From: Octopus vulgaris
Taxonomy: Eukaryota
Direction of reading: 5' to 3'
Length of the DNA: 64,000 nucleotides
Assembly (NCBI GenBank): GCA_951406725.2
Contig: OX597828.1
Span: 33,914,001-33,978,000 of the forward strand
Below the pieces are notes generated by a model that worked only from the letters and a program-made list of their open reading frames with translations, ran no database searches and was not told the origin of the DNA. Numbering within the stretch: position 1 is the first letter of the stretch; each line of letters begins with the position of its first letter. Below are positions 1 through 12,742 of this stretch, piece after piece. A program made the position numbers and the translations under genes.

Positions 1-438
1 GTATGTGTGTGTATGTAATGTATGTATGTGTGTGTATATATACGCATGCATGTGTGTATGTATGTATGTATATATGTGTACGTATGTAATGTATGTATGT
101 ATGCGTGTATGTATGTGTGTGTATATATGTATGTATATGTGTGCATGTATGTATGTGTGTATGTATGTGTGTACGTATGTGTGTGTATACGTATGTGTGT
201 GTATACGTATGTATGTGTATATAATGTATGTGTGTATGTATGTATGCATGTATGTGTGTATATATATGTGTGTGTGTATATATGTGTGTGTATGTATGTA
301 TGAATGTATATAAAATATATGTGTGTGTATGTATGTATGTAATGTATGTATATATGTAAAATTATGTATATATATGTAATGTGTGTATGTGTGTATATAT
401 GAATGCATGAATATATATGTAATGTATGTATGTAATAA

Positions 439-476
<38 letters not shown>

Positions 477-778
477 AAGATAATGTATGTATGTAATGTA
501 CATATGTGTGAATGTATGAATATACATGTAATATATGCATGTATATAATGAGTGTATATATATATATACGATAATGTATATATGTATGCATATATGTAAT
601 GTATGTGTGTACAAATGAGTATGCATATAAGGTAATGTAATGCATGCATGTATATTTCTATGCATGTAATGTATGTACAAAGGAGTGAATGAATATGAGT
701 TAATGAAATGTATTTATGAATGCAATGTGTATGCATATACGCATGCATGTGCGTGTGGTGTATAGTATATGTGCACAA

Positions 779-816
<38 letters not shown>

Positions 817-820
817 ATGT
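1..820. repeat. Degenerate TATG/TGTA/TA/TG microsatellite field
   Basis: Direct reading; overlapping ORFs are MYVC-type repeat translations. Confidence 0.95.
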
Positions 821-918
821 GTGTCTGACTTGAATCTACCGGATTTCTTTTAAAATAAAACACTTAAATGTTTTCTTTGATTGTGAGACACTGTACGGGG
901 GGAGGGTGTTGAGTAGTA

Positions 919-956
<38 letters not shown>

Positions 957-1129
957 TTGATGGTGGTGGCTATGGTGGAAAGCCTGAAAAACAATGGCAA
1001 CATCGTCTGCAGTATTCCCAGTTCCCAGTTCTCTGTAATAATCCGATCAGTTGAGATGGAACTGGAATATCAAGGAAGTCATTTGCATCAAACTAGAGAA
1101 TCACTGGCAGTGGTTGCAATGGTGTTAGT

Positions 1130-1640
1130 GTTGGTGGTGGTGGTGGTGGTGGTGGTGGTGGTGGTGGTGGTGGTGGTGGCGGTGGTGGTGGTGGCGGTGG
1201 TGGTGGCGACAGCAGCAGTAGCAAGCAACATCTGTGTCTGTGTGCATAATGGTAGCAGTAGTGGTGGTGGTGGTGGTGGTAGTAGTGGTTGTCTTTGGTG
1301 CTGGTGTTGAAAATGATTTTGATGATGATGACTATAGCAAATGATGGGGATGATGCTGATAGTACCAGCTGTAATGACAGTTGTGGTTGTGATGACGATG
1401 ATGATGATAATGTGGTAGTGGTGATAGTAAGGGTGGTACCATTTGTAATAATACTAATGGTTGTGATTGTGATCATGATGACGATGATGGCACTAGTTAT
1501 AAAGGTGGTGGTGGTGGTGGTACCAGTTATAATGATGCTTATAGTTATGATGATGATGACTATGGCCGCAATGATGATGATGGTGAGACAGGCACTTGAA
1601 GACGGTTATAATTGTGGTGGTGATGATGATGATGGTCACA
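1130..1640. repeat. (GGT)n/(GAT)n trinucleotide low-complexity tract
   Basis: Near-pure GGT run ~1132-1205 grading into GAT/GGT mixtures. Confidence 0.9.
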
Positions 1641-1657
1641 GTTGTATTGATTATGGT

Positions 1658-2038
1658 GGAGACGCAATGGCCCAGTGGTTAGGGCAGTGGACTCGCGGTC
1701 ATAGGATCGCGGTTTCGATTCCCAGACCGGGCGTTGTGAGTGTTTATTGAGCGAAAACACCTAAAGCTCCACGACGCTCTGGCAGGGATGGTGGTGATCC
1801 CTGCTGTACTCTTTCACAACTTTCTCTCACTCTTACTTCCTGTTTCTGTTGTACCTGTATTTCAAAGGGCCGTCCTTATCACTCTCTGTGTCACGCTGAA
1901 TATCCCCGAGAACTACGTTAAGGGTACACGTGTCTGTGGAGTGCTCAGCCACTTACACGTTAATTTCACGAGCAGACTGTTCCGTTGATTCGGATCAACC
2001 GGAACCCTCGTCGTCGTAACCGACGGAGTGCTTCTCTC
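1658..2038 (+). mobile_element. Full-length tRNA-derived SINE with 12-bp TSD
   Basis: A box TGGCCCAGTGG (1668-1678), B box GGTTTCGATTCC (1711-1722); flanked by ATTGATTATG(G/A)T at 1646-1657 and 2039-2050. Confidence 0.8.
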
Positions 2039-2419
2039 ATTGATTATGATGATGGTGATAGTGAATTCAGTTGAATTGATGACTATGGTTGTAATGATGA
2101 TGATGATGATGATGATGGTGAAGATAATGACCATGTCAATGACCATAGGGATGGTGTTGGCACCAGTTGTAATCCGGGTGGTATGTTTGTGATCATGGTT
2201 GTCGGGAGGACTGAGGAAGTGGAACCTATAATGAAAGCTATTCCAACTATGGCCACTGCATCTGGTATTATTTTTGGCTTGTTTATTCACACATAGGGTA
2301 TCTAGGACTACATTATTTAATGTAGTTTTTCCTGGAACATATAATCTAGGTGAAAGTTGTGCATTTAACCAAAGAAGGTAATTTTTTTCTTAATAACAAT
2401 TTCATTCTTGCAATGGAAC

Positions 2420-2828
2420 CAGGAGTGGCTGTGTGGTAAGTAGCTTGTTTACCAACCACATGGTTCCGGGTTCAGTCCCACTGCATGATACCTTGGGCAA
2501 GTGTCTTCTACTATAGCCTCGGGCCGACCAAAGCCTTGTGAGTGGATTTGGTAGACGGAAACTGAAAGAAGCCCGTCGTATATATGTATATATATATATA
2601 TATGTGCGTGTGTGTGTTTGTGTGTCTGTGTTTGTCACCCTAGCATTGCTTGACAACCGATGCTGGTGTGCTTATGTCCCCGTAACTTAGCGGTTCGGCA
2701 AAAGAGACCGATAGAATAAGTACTGGGCTTACAAAAGAATAAGTCCCGGGGTCGAGTTGCTCGATTAAAGGCGGTGCTCCAGCATGGCCGCAGTCAAATG
2801 ACTGAAACAAGTAAAAGAGTAAAAGAGA
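2420..2828 (+). mobile_element. tRNA-derived SINE family A (CORE-like), full length
   Basis: Head TGGCTGTGTGG...GGTTCAGTCCC, CORE-like ACCTTGGGCAAGTGTCTT, internal TA/TG tract, tail GACTGAAACAAGTAAAAGAG. Partial copies at ~7210, 8660, 10715, 22860, 26970, 35160, 37845, 40510, 59085. Confidence 0.9.
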
Positions 2829-3071
2829 GAGTATCTATTTTAATATTAATCTGCTTGAAGACAGCCTCTTATTTTATCAAGCAAAATCAGCTGTTTTAAA
2901 GCCTTCATATTTTACTTGAAAGCCTTAAACTTCAATTTTATATCAGAAAATTTTGTTATATTCTAAACACCATTTTTAATGAAGGAAAAATTAATAATTA
3001 AATCTCTTCAAGTTTTTGATTATTTTCAAAACAAATTGAAACATATGTAACGTGTCATCATCATCATCATC

Positions 3072-3280
3072 AAAGGTGGTGAGCTAAAAGAATCATTAGA
3101 GCACCAGACAAAATGCTTCACCTGTTGCTATGTTCTGAGTTCAAATTCCGCCAAGGTTGACTTTGCCTTTCATCCTTTCAGAGTTGACAAATTAAGTACC
3201 AGTGAAACACTGGAGGTTGATGTAATCGACTAGTCACCTCCCCTAAAAAATTTCAGACCTTATACCTAAAGTAAAAAGGA
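3072..3280 (+). mobile_element. tRNA-derived SINE family B
   Basis: GAGTTCAAATTCC B box followed by GACTTTGCCTTTCATCCTTTC...AAATTAAGTACCAG domain, shared with many copies in the window. Confidence 0.8.
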
Positions 3281-4039
3281 TTATCATCATCATCATAATC
3301 ATTTAATGTCCATTTTCCATGCTGGCATGGGTTGAATGGTTAGACAGGAGCTGGCAAGCCAGAAGACTGCACTAGGCTTCTCTGTCTGTTTTGACATGGT
3401 TTTTATGGTTGGATGCCCTTCCTAACACCAACCACCTTACACAGTGGACTGAGCATTTTTTTACATAGCAGCAGTTGCATGATGTTATCCTAGATATCCA
3501 ACCATAAACAGATGGGCTGGTCATGGCTGGAATATCTTTGATTATAGGCCTGGTCTATCAAGTTGATGTGACACTAAGCAACAACAAAAGAAGTCACCAA
3601 AGAACTTCTAATACAGTCTTTCAGCTTGCTAGAAACAACATCCAAATACTCTATTATATCAAAATGATGATATCTAAGAATACATTGGAGAATATAAAAA
3701 TGAATGCAAGAATCAAATGGAATGGTTATGGATAGAACATTTGGGATCAAAGGGTTGCTCAAACAACATCAACCTGTGGCTAAAATGCAAAAACAGAGTA
3801 ATTATAAATAAGAGTTTGTTATTTTTGCTAAGTTCTACAAAATTTTTAATTACCTTCAAAATTAATTGAAATATTTGTAGGGTACAATGTTAAAATATTG
3901 TTTAGAAATGGTGAAAAGGAGAAAAAAATGAAATTTTGATTTCTGAAAAAGGGAATTTACCATTGGAAGGAGGGTGATTTAGCTCCTACACTGAGCAAAT
4001 CAAGCCACTTGTTACACCCAAGTTCTCTCACTCTCTTCT

Positions 4040-4410
4040 TCGCACTTTCCCTCCTTCTCACCTTCTCTCTCTTAGTTCTCTCCATGCCATGGGGCACAGA
4101 CAAGCAACACAACCTCTCCAATCAGTTCATATTGCCTGCCACTGTTCTGGTCTCATTCCAGCTTCTCCGCCCATCTCAACTCCTTTCCTTGTCAATGGTC
4201 CTTCATCATGTAGTTTTAGGGCACCCTAAACTAGAAAGTGACAAAAATGGAAGCAAAAAACCATGGACGGCTTCCAATTCACATACTTAAGGAGAATACT
4301 CGACATCAAGTGGCTGCAAAGAGTCCAAAGACAAGACACTTGAGACGACAACAAGCACTAAAAGAATCCAAGACGGAAGTGGACTGGACACGTCCTCAGG
4401 CAAATATCCT
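4040..4410. mobile_element. Decayed RTE-like LINE 3' fragment in two opposed pieces
   Basis: + strand 4255-4410 reads MDGFQFTYLRRILDIKW...KWTGHVLRQ; - strand 4225-4060 reads GCPKTT..RTI..RSWNE...WRGCVACLC (C-terminal RTE-type motifs). Confidence 0.5.
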
Positions 4411-4599
4411 ATCTATCTTCATGTAACTTGAGAAAAACCACATTATCAAAAAATTCCATGTGTCACGAGGAAAATGAAGATGATAATGAAGTTGATGACA
4501 ATGATGCCGATTCAGCTTTGCCTTTCGTCCTTTCGGACTCAATAAAATAAAGTACAGGTCAAGCACTGGAGTAGATAATACTGACCAATGCATTTCTCT

Positions 4600-4769
4600 T
4601 GGCAAGCTGGCAGAATCGTTAGGACATCTGAGTTCAAATTCCACCGAGATCAACTTTACCTTTCATCCTTCCAGGGTGGTTAAATTAAGTACCAGTTGAG
4701 CTTTAGGGTCGATGTAATCAACTTAACCCTTCCCCTTCAAATTGCTGGCCTTGTACCAAAATCTGAAAC

Positions 4770-4808
<39 letters not shown>

Positions 4809-5470
4809 CATTAAGGCAGCAAGCTGGCAGAGTTGTTAGCACATGGGGCAAAATGCTTAGCAGTATTTCACCCATCGCTACATTCTGAGTTCAAATTCCA
4901 CCGAGGTTATATCTGCCTTTCATCCTTCTGGGGTCAATAAATTAAATACCAATGAAATTCTGGGGTTGATGTAATAATCGATTAGTCCCCTCCCACAGAA
5001 CTTCAGGCCTTGTCCCTATAATAGAAAGGATTTTTTTTTTTAAGGTGACAAGCAGGTAGAACAGAATGCTGGACAGAATGCTTGGTAACATTTTGTCTAT
5101 TTTTTACATTCTGAGTTCAAACTCGACCCGGGTTGATTTTGCCTTTCATCCTTTTAGGGTCAATGAAATAATTACCAGTTGAGCACTGAGGGGCTGATGT
5201 AATCGACTAGCCCCATCCCTCAAAATTCCTGGCCTTGTGCCTACAGTAGAAAAGATTATTATTGTTGTTATTATTCAAACTGGTAGCGTCATTTGAGTGT
5301 CAGAAAAACTGTCTTGAAGTATTTGTTCCAAGTCCTTACATTCCAAGTTCAAATCCCGTCATGATCGACTTTACCTTCCATCCTTTTAGGGTTGATAAAA
5401 TAAAGCATGAGTACCGGGGTCAATGAAATCAATTAACTCCTTGCTTCTAAAACTGCTGGCTTTGTACCAA
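4600..5470 (+). mobile_element. Cluster of four SINE family B copies separated by TAT tracts
   Basis: Repeated GAGTTCAAA...CCTTTCATCC...GTACCAG...GGCCTTGT units at ~4600, 4812, 5040, 5280. Confidence 0.8.
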
Positions 5471-6108
5471 AATCTAATTGACTTCTTCAGGTTTCGCTTG
5501 GAAAGGAAATTGTGGGTGGAGCGGGACGTGCTGTCCTTAAGTGTGTTTAATGAGAGGTGGGTGAAAGTTGTGAAAATGGCAAGAGTGGATGGTACCCCTC
5601 AAAGTGTAGGCCTGTGAGTCAGAGAAAGGGAATTGGAGAAGGCAATCTCTATCATTCCCCACTTCTCTATCATTCCCCACTTCTCTATCATTCCTCAATC
5701 TCTATCATTCCCCACTTGTCTATCATTCCCCACTTCTCTATCATTCTTCAATCTCTATCATTCCACAAACTCTATCATTCCGCACTTGTCTATCATTCCC
5801 TACTTCTCTATCATTCCTCAATCTCTATCATTCCCCACTTCTCTATCATTCCCCACTTCTCTATCATTTCCCAAACTCTATCATTCCCCACTTCTCTATC
5901 ATTCCCCAAACTCTATCATTCCACACTTGTCTATCATTCCCCACTTATTTCTTTCATCTTTATATACTATGTATATTTTCCTTCCCTTTCATTTTTTTGT
6001 TGTTGTTTATTTATAGATTTTATCATTTCATTATATATAAACCCCAACACTTTGTGTCTGTTTCATACTGTTCCCCTCATCCTTTGCCTTGGTGGCAAAT
6101 AAGTGAAA

Positions 6109-6110
<2 letters not shown>
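5470..6110 (+). mobile_element. Probable 3' end of a Tx1/L1-type LINE (ORF2 tail plus 3' UTR)
   Basis: FFRFRLERKLWVERDVLSLSVFNERWVKV resembles Tx1-type ORF2 C-termini; stop at 5617; UTR-like sequence ends at a TAT tract. Recognised from motif memory only. Confidence 0.45.
5646..5946. repeat. 17-18-bp minisatellite (CTCTATCATTCCCCACTT)
   Basis: About 17 tandem variant units. Confidence 0.95.
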
Positions 6111-6145
<35 letters not shown>

Positions 6146-6148
<3 letters not shown>

Positions 6149-6632
6149 TGAGTGAGAGAGCAATGCATGTCATCAAAGTGACACTGGGGCACAAATATAC
6201 GAAGCCTAATATACCCATGATGACTACCCGAATGATAAGGGTACACCAGGCACATGCATCACAACCATATTTGCATGACATAGTGATCCCATATGAAAAT
6301 AAACAGCACATGACTTTGCAGGTGGGGCCCAGTTAGAATTTTCTTTTGGTCAAGTACTCCTTTCCACTCAAAAGGTCCCTGAATAAGGGTTGTTTAAGGT
6401 TGATGAACGAAACACTCATGTTTCCAGAGGTGAATTATTCAAACCCCAAAGAATTCCTCTCAACACATGGCTATGATGCTCCCCAACTACTTCTGCTTGT
6501 GATCAGGGATGTACATACATATCTTCAGCCACTAAGGGACATGCTCAACTGGTTATGGTCAAACAACTGACAAGCAAATCTGTGGTATTGAGCCGAATAT
6601 TTGTTGTAGCCCATCTTTTATACCAAGACAGT
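6146..6632. repeat. Interspersed ~490-bp repeat embedded in TAA/TAT tracts
   Basis: Second copy at 13465-13802 with the same TTGAGTGAGAGAGCA start; both bounded by (TAT)n. Confidence 0.8.
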
Positions 6633-6643
6633 TATCATTATTA

Positions 6644-6687
<44 letters not shown>

Positions 6688-7312
6688 GTGAAAATTACAC
6701 AAAGAACAAAGTTTTTAAATATAAACATGCTCTAGTTTATGACAGCATGAATCAAAGAAAACTATTGAAATAACTTGTCAAAATGCTGCTTTATATAAAA
6801 CCAAACAAACAGGACCTCATTAAGACAATAGGACATAGTCTGTTTGTACCAAAGCAAATAAAGGACAGCATTTGTTTCTCTCTTTGCTGGGTAAAATCCT
6901 GTTTGTCAATAAACGCTGTAGATTTTGTCAAAATCCGTAAGCTTCAATTCTGTAACAGAATAGTAGTGATGATGTTCATATTGATAGTGATATAATGATC
7001 ATGATCATCATCATCATCACACCAATGATAGAAATAATAATTTCTCTTGTTGGGTACAAGGTTACACATATGAAACAAAGGAGTGTCATAATGTTGGTCC
7101 CAGAAAATGACTGATAAATATTTTTTCTAATTTCCCAGATTTGTTTTGTTACATCAATAACGCATAATTGTATCTATACGACCACACATACACACACACA
7201 TGCACACACTTGGGCAAGTGTCTTCTACTATAACCTAGGGCTAACCAAAGCCTTGTGAGTGGGTTTGGTTGACGGAAACAGTAAGAAGATTTTCCTATGT
7301 ATGTATGTATGT

Positions 7313-8033
7313 CCTTTTACTCCAAACACAGATGTCCTTGCATCTGCAGGCATCTCCTCAATTAAAGCTATGATTTTAAGGAATCATTTGAGATGGTGTG
7401 GCCATATGCCGAAACAGCTAATTTTTGGTGAGCTTGCAGAGGGAAAAAGCTATCAGCGTAAATCTAAAAAAGGTTTAAGGACAGCATAAGGACTACTATG
7501 AAGTTACTTGGAATGGTGCCAGTAGATATAGAAACCCTTGCTTCAGATCGAGTTGGATGGTGAACAAAAGTGTGGCATGGAGTAAAAGCATTTGAAGAGG
7601 CCAAGATAATGCAAGTAAGGCTCTAAAGAGATCTAAGGAAGGATGTAATGATTGAGAAGGTGATTGACAATGACCTTTTTGTGCGCACAGTCGGTGACAA
7701 ACTATGCCTGTCTTTGGCTGGCCTCAATTCTCATGGGCGAACGCATGGAAAGTGAACCTCCACCAACTATTCTGCCTATATGTCTGTGCACACCTTTGAA
7801 TGTAGTGTATGCCAGAAGGTTGGAAAATCCAACGGAGGACTCAAAAGACATATTAAGATGCACAAAGAGCAGAATTTATCTGTAGATATTGGTGGTCCAA
7901 ATCAGAGGTACAATCTATGTGGAGTCTTTTCAAAACATTGTTTAGGTTTAAAAAGCCACATCAGACACCATGATGGTGCTAAGGTGTAGGTACAGGAGGT
8001 GGTCAAACTCTGTATAAGGAGTAGACAACCACC
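7313..8033 (+). mobile_element. 5'-truncated RTE-clade LINE with C-terminal C2H2 fingers
   Basis: PNTDVL...LRWCGH...PKQLIFGELAEGK, then C2H2 motifs including FECSVCQKVGKSNGGLKRHIKMH; frameshifted; both ends in TATG tracts. Confidence 0.8.
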
Positions 8034-8164
8034 GTATATGTGTGTATATTTGTATGTATGTATGTATGTATGTATGTACGCATGCATGTATGTACAATGA
8101 GTATAGAGGGATAAATTTTCCAGACAGGTACCATAAGAGCTCTGAGGTTTTATATATATATCAC

Positions 8165-8642
8165 TTATGCATACCGTTCCTTCTTGGGACACAAAACTCT
8201 ACTTGTGAAGACCTGTTGAGGCAAGTGAGAATCGAAATCGGTCAACATCAATGGAAATTGCAGCTGTGATACTAGTGCCAGTGGCACGTAAGAGAACCAT
8301 CCGAACGTGGCCGTTGCCAGCGCTGCCCCGACTGGCCTCATGCCAGTGGCACGTAAAAAGCACCATCCGTTCGTGGCCGTTGCCAGCCTCGCCTGGCCCC
8401 CGTGCCGGTGGCACGTAAAAAGCACCATCCAATCGTGGCCGTTTACCAGACTCATCTGGCACGTAAAAAGCACCCACTACACTCACGGAGTGGTTGGCGT
8501 TAGGAAGGGCATCCAGCCGTAGAAACATTGCCAGATCAGACTGGGCTTGGTGCAGCCTTCTGGCTTCCCAGACCCCAGTTGAACCGTCCAACCCATGCTA
8601 GCATGGAAAGCGGACGCTAAACGATGATGATGATGATGATGA
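8165..8642 (+). mobile_element. Non-autonomous retroelement family C with (GAT)n tail
   Basis: Ends CCAACCCATGCTAGCATGGAAAGCGGACGCTAAAC(GAT)n; internal ~60-bp GGCACGTAAAAAGCACC repeats; related copies at ~3300, 9375, 20570, 20890, 21425, 26720, 27160. Confidence 0.8.
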
Positions 8643-8829
8643 TATATATATATATATATATTCGATGGGCTTCTTTCAGTTTCTATCTACTAAATCCACT
8701 CACAAGGCTTTGGTCAGCCTGAGGCTGTAGTAGAAGACACTTGCCCAAAGTGCCATTCAGTGGGACTGAACCCAGAACCATGTAGTTGGGAAGCAAGCTT
8801 CTTACCACACAGCCACTCCTATATATAGT

Positions 8830-9054
8830 CTCTGCTACTCAAAGCTATCTGGGTTCATGCTACCTCCACTTGGGCTTTCTCATCCAAGTCATCTGTCCTC
8901 TTCTCATCCTTCTCGCAGTGCCAACAGCCCAAGATCTGCACAGACCACTATACTCAGTCTTTCTCTCCCAGAATATACCATCTCTCTGGAATTCCTTCCC
9001 TGCTCATGTACTCCCAACAGGTGTTGAAGTACAAAGCTTTATGAGGAACATTAA
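8830..9054 (+). mobile_element. CR1/L2-like LINE C-terminal remnant
   Basis: QSFSPR / LWNSFPAHVLP...QSFMRNIN resembles the terminal SFFPR..WNSLP..FK motif. Confidence 0.45.
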
Positions 9055-9274
9055 CCCTTTAGCATTCAAACCGGCCATATCCGGCCAGAATATTTAACCT
9101 GTTTTATATTGAAACTGACCAGGTCTCGCCTCTCACCTCAGCCCTACAATGTCGTTCTAAAACTAAAAAATCACATCACTGAAATCTCTAAACTACAAGA
9201 TAATGCATGACTAATTCAAAGCAATATAAATAAACAAATATCACATTTAACAGAATAATCTGAACACTAAAGGG
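9055..9274. mobile_element. piggyBac-type MITE
   Basis: TTAA|CCCTTTAG ... CTAAAGGG|TTAA; diverged second copy at 14679-14898. Confidence 0.85.
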
Positions 9275-9732
9275 TTAAATGGCAATCAGTCTCACCGATG
9301 TAGGAGGTGTTGAAAAAACTATGGGCACTGTCCCTTCCAACTACTCATCAACGGAAATGTACATGTATTTCTCATCATCATCAACATTCAATGTTCGTTT
9401 GCCATGCTGGCATGGGTTGGACAACTTGACAGGAAGTGACAAGGCTAAGAGCCACAGCAGGTTTCATAGTCTGTTTTGGCTGGGTTTCTATGGTTGGATA
9501 CCCTTTCTAACACCCACCACTCCACAGAGTATAATAATACATGAGTGAAAGAAAATGGAATTCACAGGGCTCTTTAAAAACTTTCAATTTCTTTCTCTCA
9601 TATTTTATAAACTCTATGGATACAAAGAAATTCCTGATGTAAATCCAGTTGATGACATCAGGTAGCCAAATACTGTAAACAGGCTTTAAACAGCGTACTA
9701 CAAGGTGTCTACCCGAATATAAATTACTTTTA

Positions 9733-9775
9733 TATATACATACACACACACACACACATATATATATATACACAC

Positions 9776-9827
<52 letters not shown>

Positions 9828-9945
9828 CATATATATACACACACATATATATATATACACACACAAATAATGAACATTACATTAGAGATAGATAGATAGA
9901 TACACAGACAGATAGACAGATAGATAGACAGAAGCACAGACAGAC

Positions 9946-9996
<51 letters not shown>

Positions 9997-10137
9997 CAGA
10001 TAGATTAGATAGATAGATGGGATAAACAATATCTAATGATTGCGTGGGTGTATGTAGATATCCACATATATGTATATATGCACACTCACATGCATAATGA
10101 CTATATCCATATATACATAAATAATTATGTGTGTGTG

Positions 10138-10179
<42 letters not shown>

Positions 10180-10225
10180 TACATATACATACGAACATAC
10201 ATACACTACACAAATACACACACAA
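9733..10225. repeat. Compound TA/CA/GATA microsatellite
   Basis: (TA)n, (GATA)n ~9885-10018, TG/TA tracts. Confidence 0.95.
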
Positions 10226-11627
10226 TAGATAAAGACTCGTATATTTGCAAGTTATATTTACATAATAATTTTAAATAATGGATATGCTAAAAGAAGAGAA
10301 CAGGAAATGCAATATCCAGCAGTTCTAGATGAGTCTACAGACCATTAATGCATGCATGGTGGACAAGTGTGTGGAATATGGTGGCTTTGTTCTGATTTTA
10401 TCAATGTAGACTGCTATGTCTATACAGCTTAATATGAACTGGCATTTCCAGGTCAAGTATTCTTGGAAAATAGCCAAATTTTTCTTTTTTCCTCTTTATC
10501 GGAAAATCTATGCAGTGCTTCCTTGACAATTCCCAGAACATTATTATGGGTTCAAACCCTCTGTTAACCCTAAAGGAACTTAGAGGAACAAATGTTCGGC
10601 ACTTCTGTAATTGATTCTGTAAAATGACCTGATCTGTCCGTTGGGACCGAAGCCGGTTTCAGTGACCTTTCATGGTATAAATTTATTACTAGTCTTTTAT
10701 CTTTTTCCCATTTAATTGTTTCAGCCATTTAAACTGTGGCCATGCTGGGGCAACACCTTGCAGAATTTGTAGGCAAATTAAATGACACCAGTATTTTCTT
10801 GGTTTCTTTGTTTTGTTTTGTTTTTTTTTAAGCCTGGGACTTATTCTGTTGGTCTTCTTTGCTGAACTGCTAAGTTACAGGGATGTTAACACACCAGCAC
10901 CAGTCACAGACACAAACACACACACACACACATATGATGAGCTTCTTTCAGTTTCCATCAACCAAATCCAATCACGTTTTGGTTGGCCTGAAGCTATGGT
11001 AGAAAAACTTTCCCAAAGTGCCATGCAGTGAGACTGAACCTAGTACCATACAACTGGGGACCCTTTTGACCTGAGCACTCCTCACTGTGTTATCTTTTTG
11101 TTGTTTGTTTTTTTTTTGTTTTTTGTGTTTGTGCATGTAATGAGATACATCCATAAAAGAAGTGCACAGAAATGATTTTTACATTTCAAGGATTGGAAAT
11201 TTTTGACCTCACAGGCATTCCAGCTAACCTGTTCAGTTCAATGAGGATTGACTGAATCAGATGGGATGCTCTCATTATACCAACACCCATCACCTTTACT
11301 CGATGGGTAAGGTCTTATAACTTGATGTGTGAAAACCACACACTCCAAACAAGGAGTAACTCCAGTGCTCTTCTATCACTGCTAGTTTGCTCACTTGACA
11401 CCAGGCTATTCATAAACTCAAAGGGTTTCCCTTACCAGTGATGAAAAATGGTATCTTTATTTCAGTATGAAGCAGAGGAAATAATGGTTGGGTCCCAACA
11501 AGCAAGTAGCACACTGAGCCGAGCCAGAGCAGCATCCAGAAAAGATAATGATCTGTGCTTGGTAGGATTAGAAAGGGATAATCCATGACAAATTGCTTAT
11601 AAGCAATCATACAGTCAATTCCAAGCA

Positions 11628-12290
11628 TTGCTTGCTTGCTTGCTTTATGAAGTTGGGATCTTCCCAGGTTAGTCGTCCCAGAGATATCATCATGACAGTG
11701 GGGTGGGACACCAGGTTTACCATTGCTAGTGGTCCTGTGCCAGCCTCCAAGGTGATGTTGGGTCTCTGGAGATCCCCAATCACATCCTGCCATCTTGTGC
11801 AGGGCCTACTATGAGGCCACTTCCAGCCTACAGCTCCTGTGTCAATTGAGAATAAAACACTGGTAGGGTGATCCACCAGGAGAGAGAGGACATGTTTGTA
11901 CCAGCACATGTGGTGGGTAGCTATGAGATGGGAGGCTGCAGGCTGTTGTGTGCATGCACACAGTTTTTGGTTGGAAACGTGATGGTACCATCTGATGTTC
12001 TTGAGTGTTCCCAGAGCTTTGCTATTGAAGCTGTCAATCTTCTTTGCCATGGTCTTCAAGAGGGGCCACATTTCTGCTCCACAGAGGAAAATGGAGAGGG
12101 CTGATGCATTGTAGATGCTGAGCTTTGTCTTCCCAGGAGATAGAGCAGTGGTGCCAAAGAGGCTTCCATAGAGAGTACATGACCCCAGTGGCTAGACCAC
12201 ATCTATAGTTGGTCTCTGGGGTCAGGTCTCCATTGTTGGTGACTGTGGAACCCTGGTAGAGGAAGGAGCTGACCAGTGATACGGCAAGCT
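11628..12290 (-). mobile_element. Decayed RTE-like LINE 3' fragment
   Basis: FLYQGSTVTNNGD..., KIDSFNSKALGTLKNIRWYHHVSN, RPCTRWQD; (AAGC)n tail at ~11628-11645. Confidence 0.7.
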
Positions 12291-12742
12291 TCTTCAACAC
12301 AACAATGCTCACTCCCATGTCACTAATTTTCCCAAACATGCCATTCAAGAGCTTGGTTAGAAAGTTCTACCACACCTACCATATCCTCCTGATATATAGC
12401 ACCTTCAGATTATCACCTTTTTTGGTCACTCTCCAACAGTGTGCAAAGCATTTCATTCAACACTGACATGGAGCTGAAAATGTAGCTCTATGAACTTTTC
12501 AAGTAAACGACCTGGCAATTTCTACCATCATGACATTAACAAGTTAGTGAAACACTGGCTAAAAGTCATGAACAATGACAGAGAATACACTATTGATTGA
12601 GGATTAAAAATAAACAGTAAAAACTAAATTTATCTCAAAATGCAATGTAACATTATAATATTTTACGTTATTATAATTATTATAATATTAATCATTATTA
12701 TTGTTGTAAATGATTTTCTATGAACCATTCTTATTATTATTA

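Noticed and set aside
1658-1730. tRNA gene
   Set aside because: No acceptor stem or terminator; continues into a SINE body with a TSD.
906-1750. Poly-V/poly-P/poly-M ORFs
   Set aside because: Trinucleotide repeat translations.
5557-5620. SH3-like ENGKSGWYPS peptide after an acceptor-like site
   Set aside because: Too short; the alternative frame fits a LINE C-terminus better.
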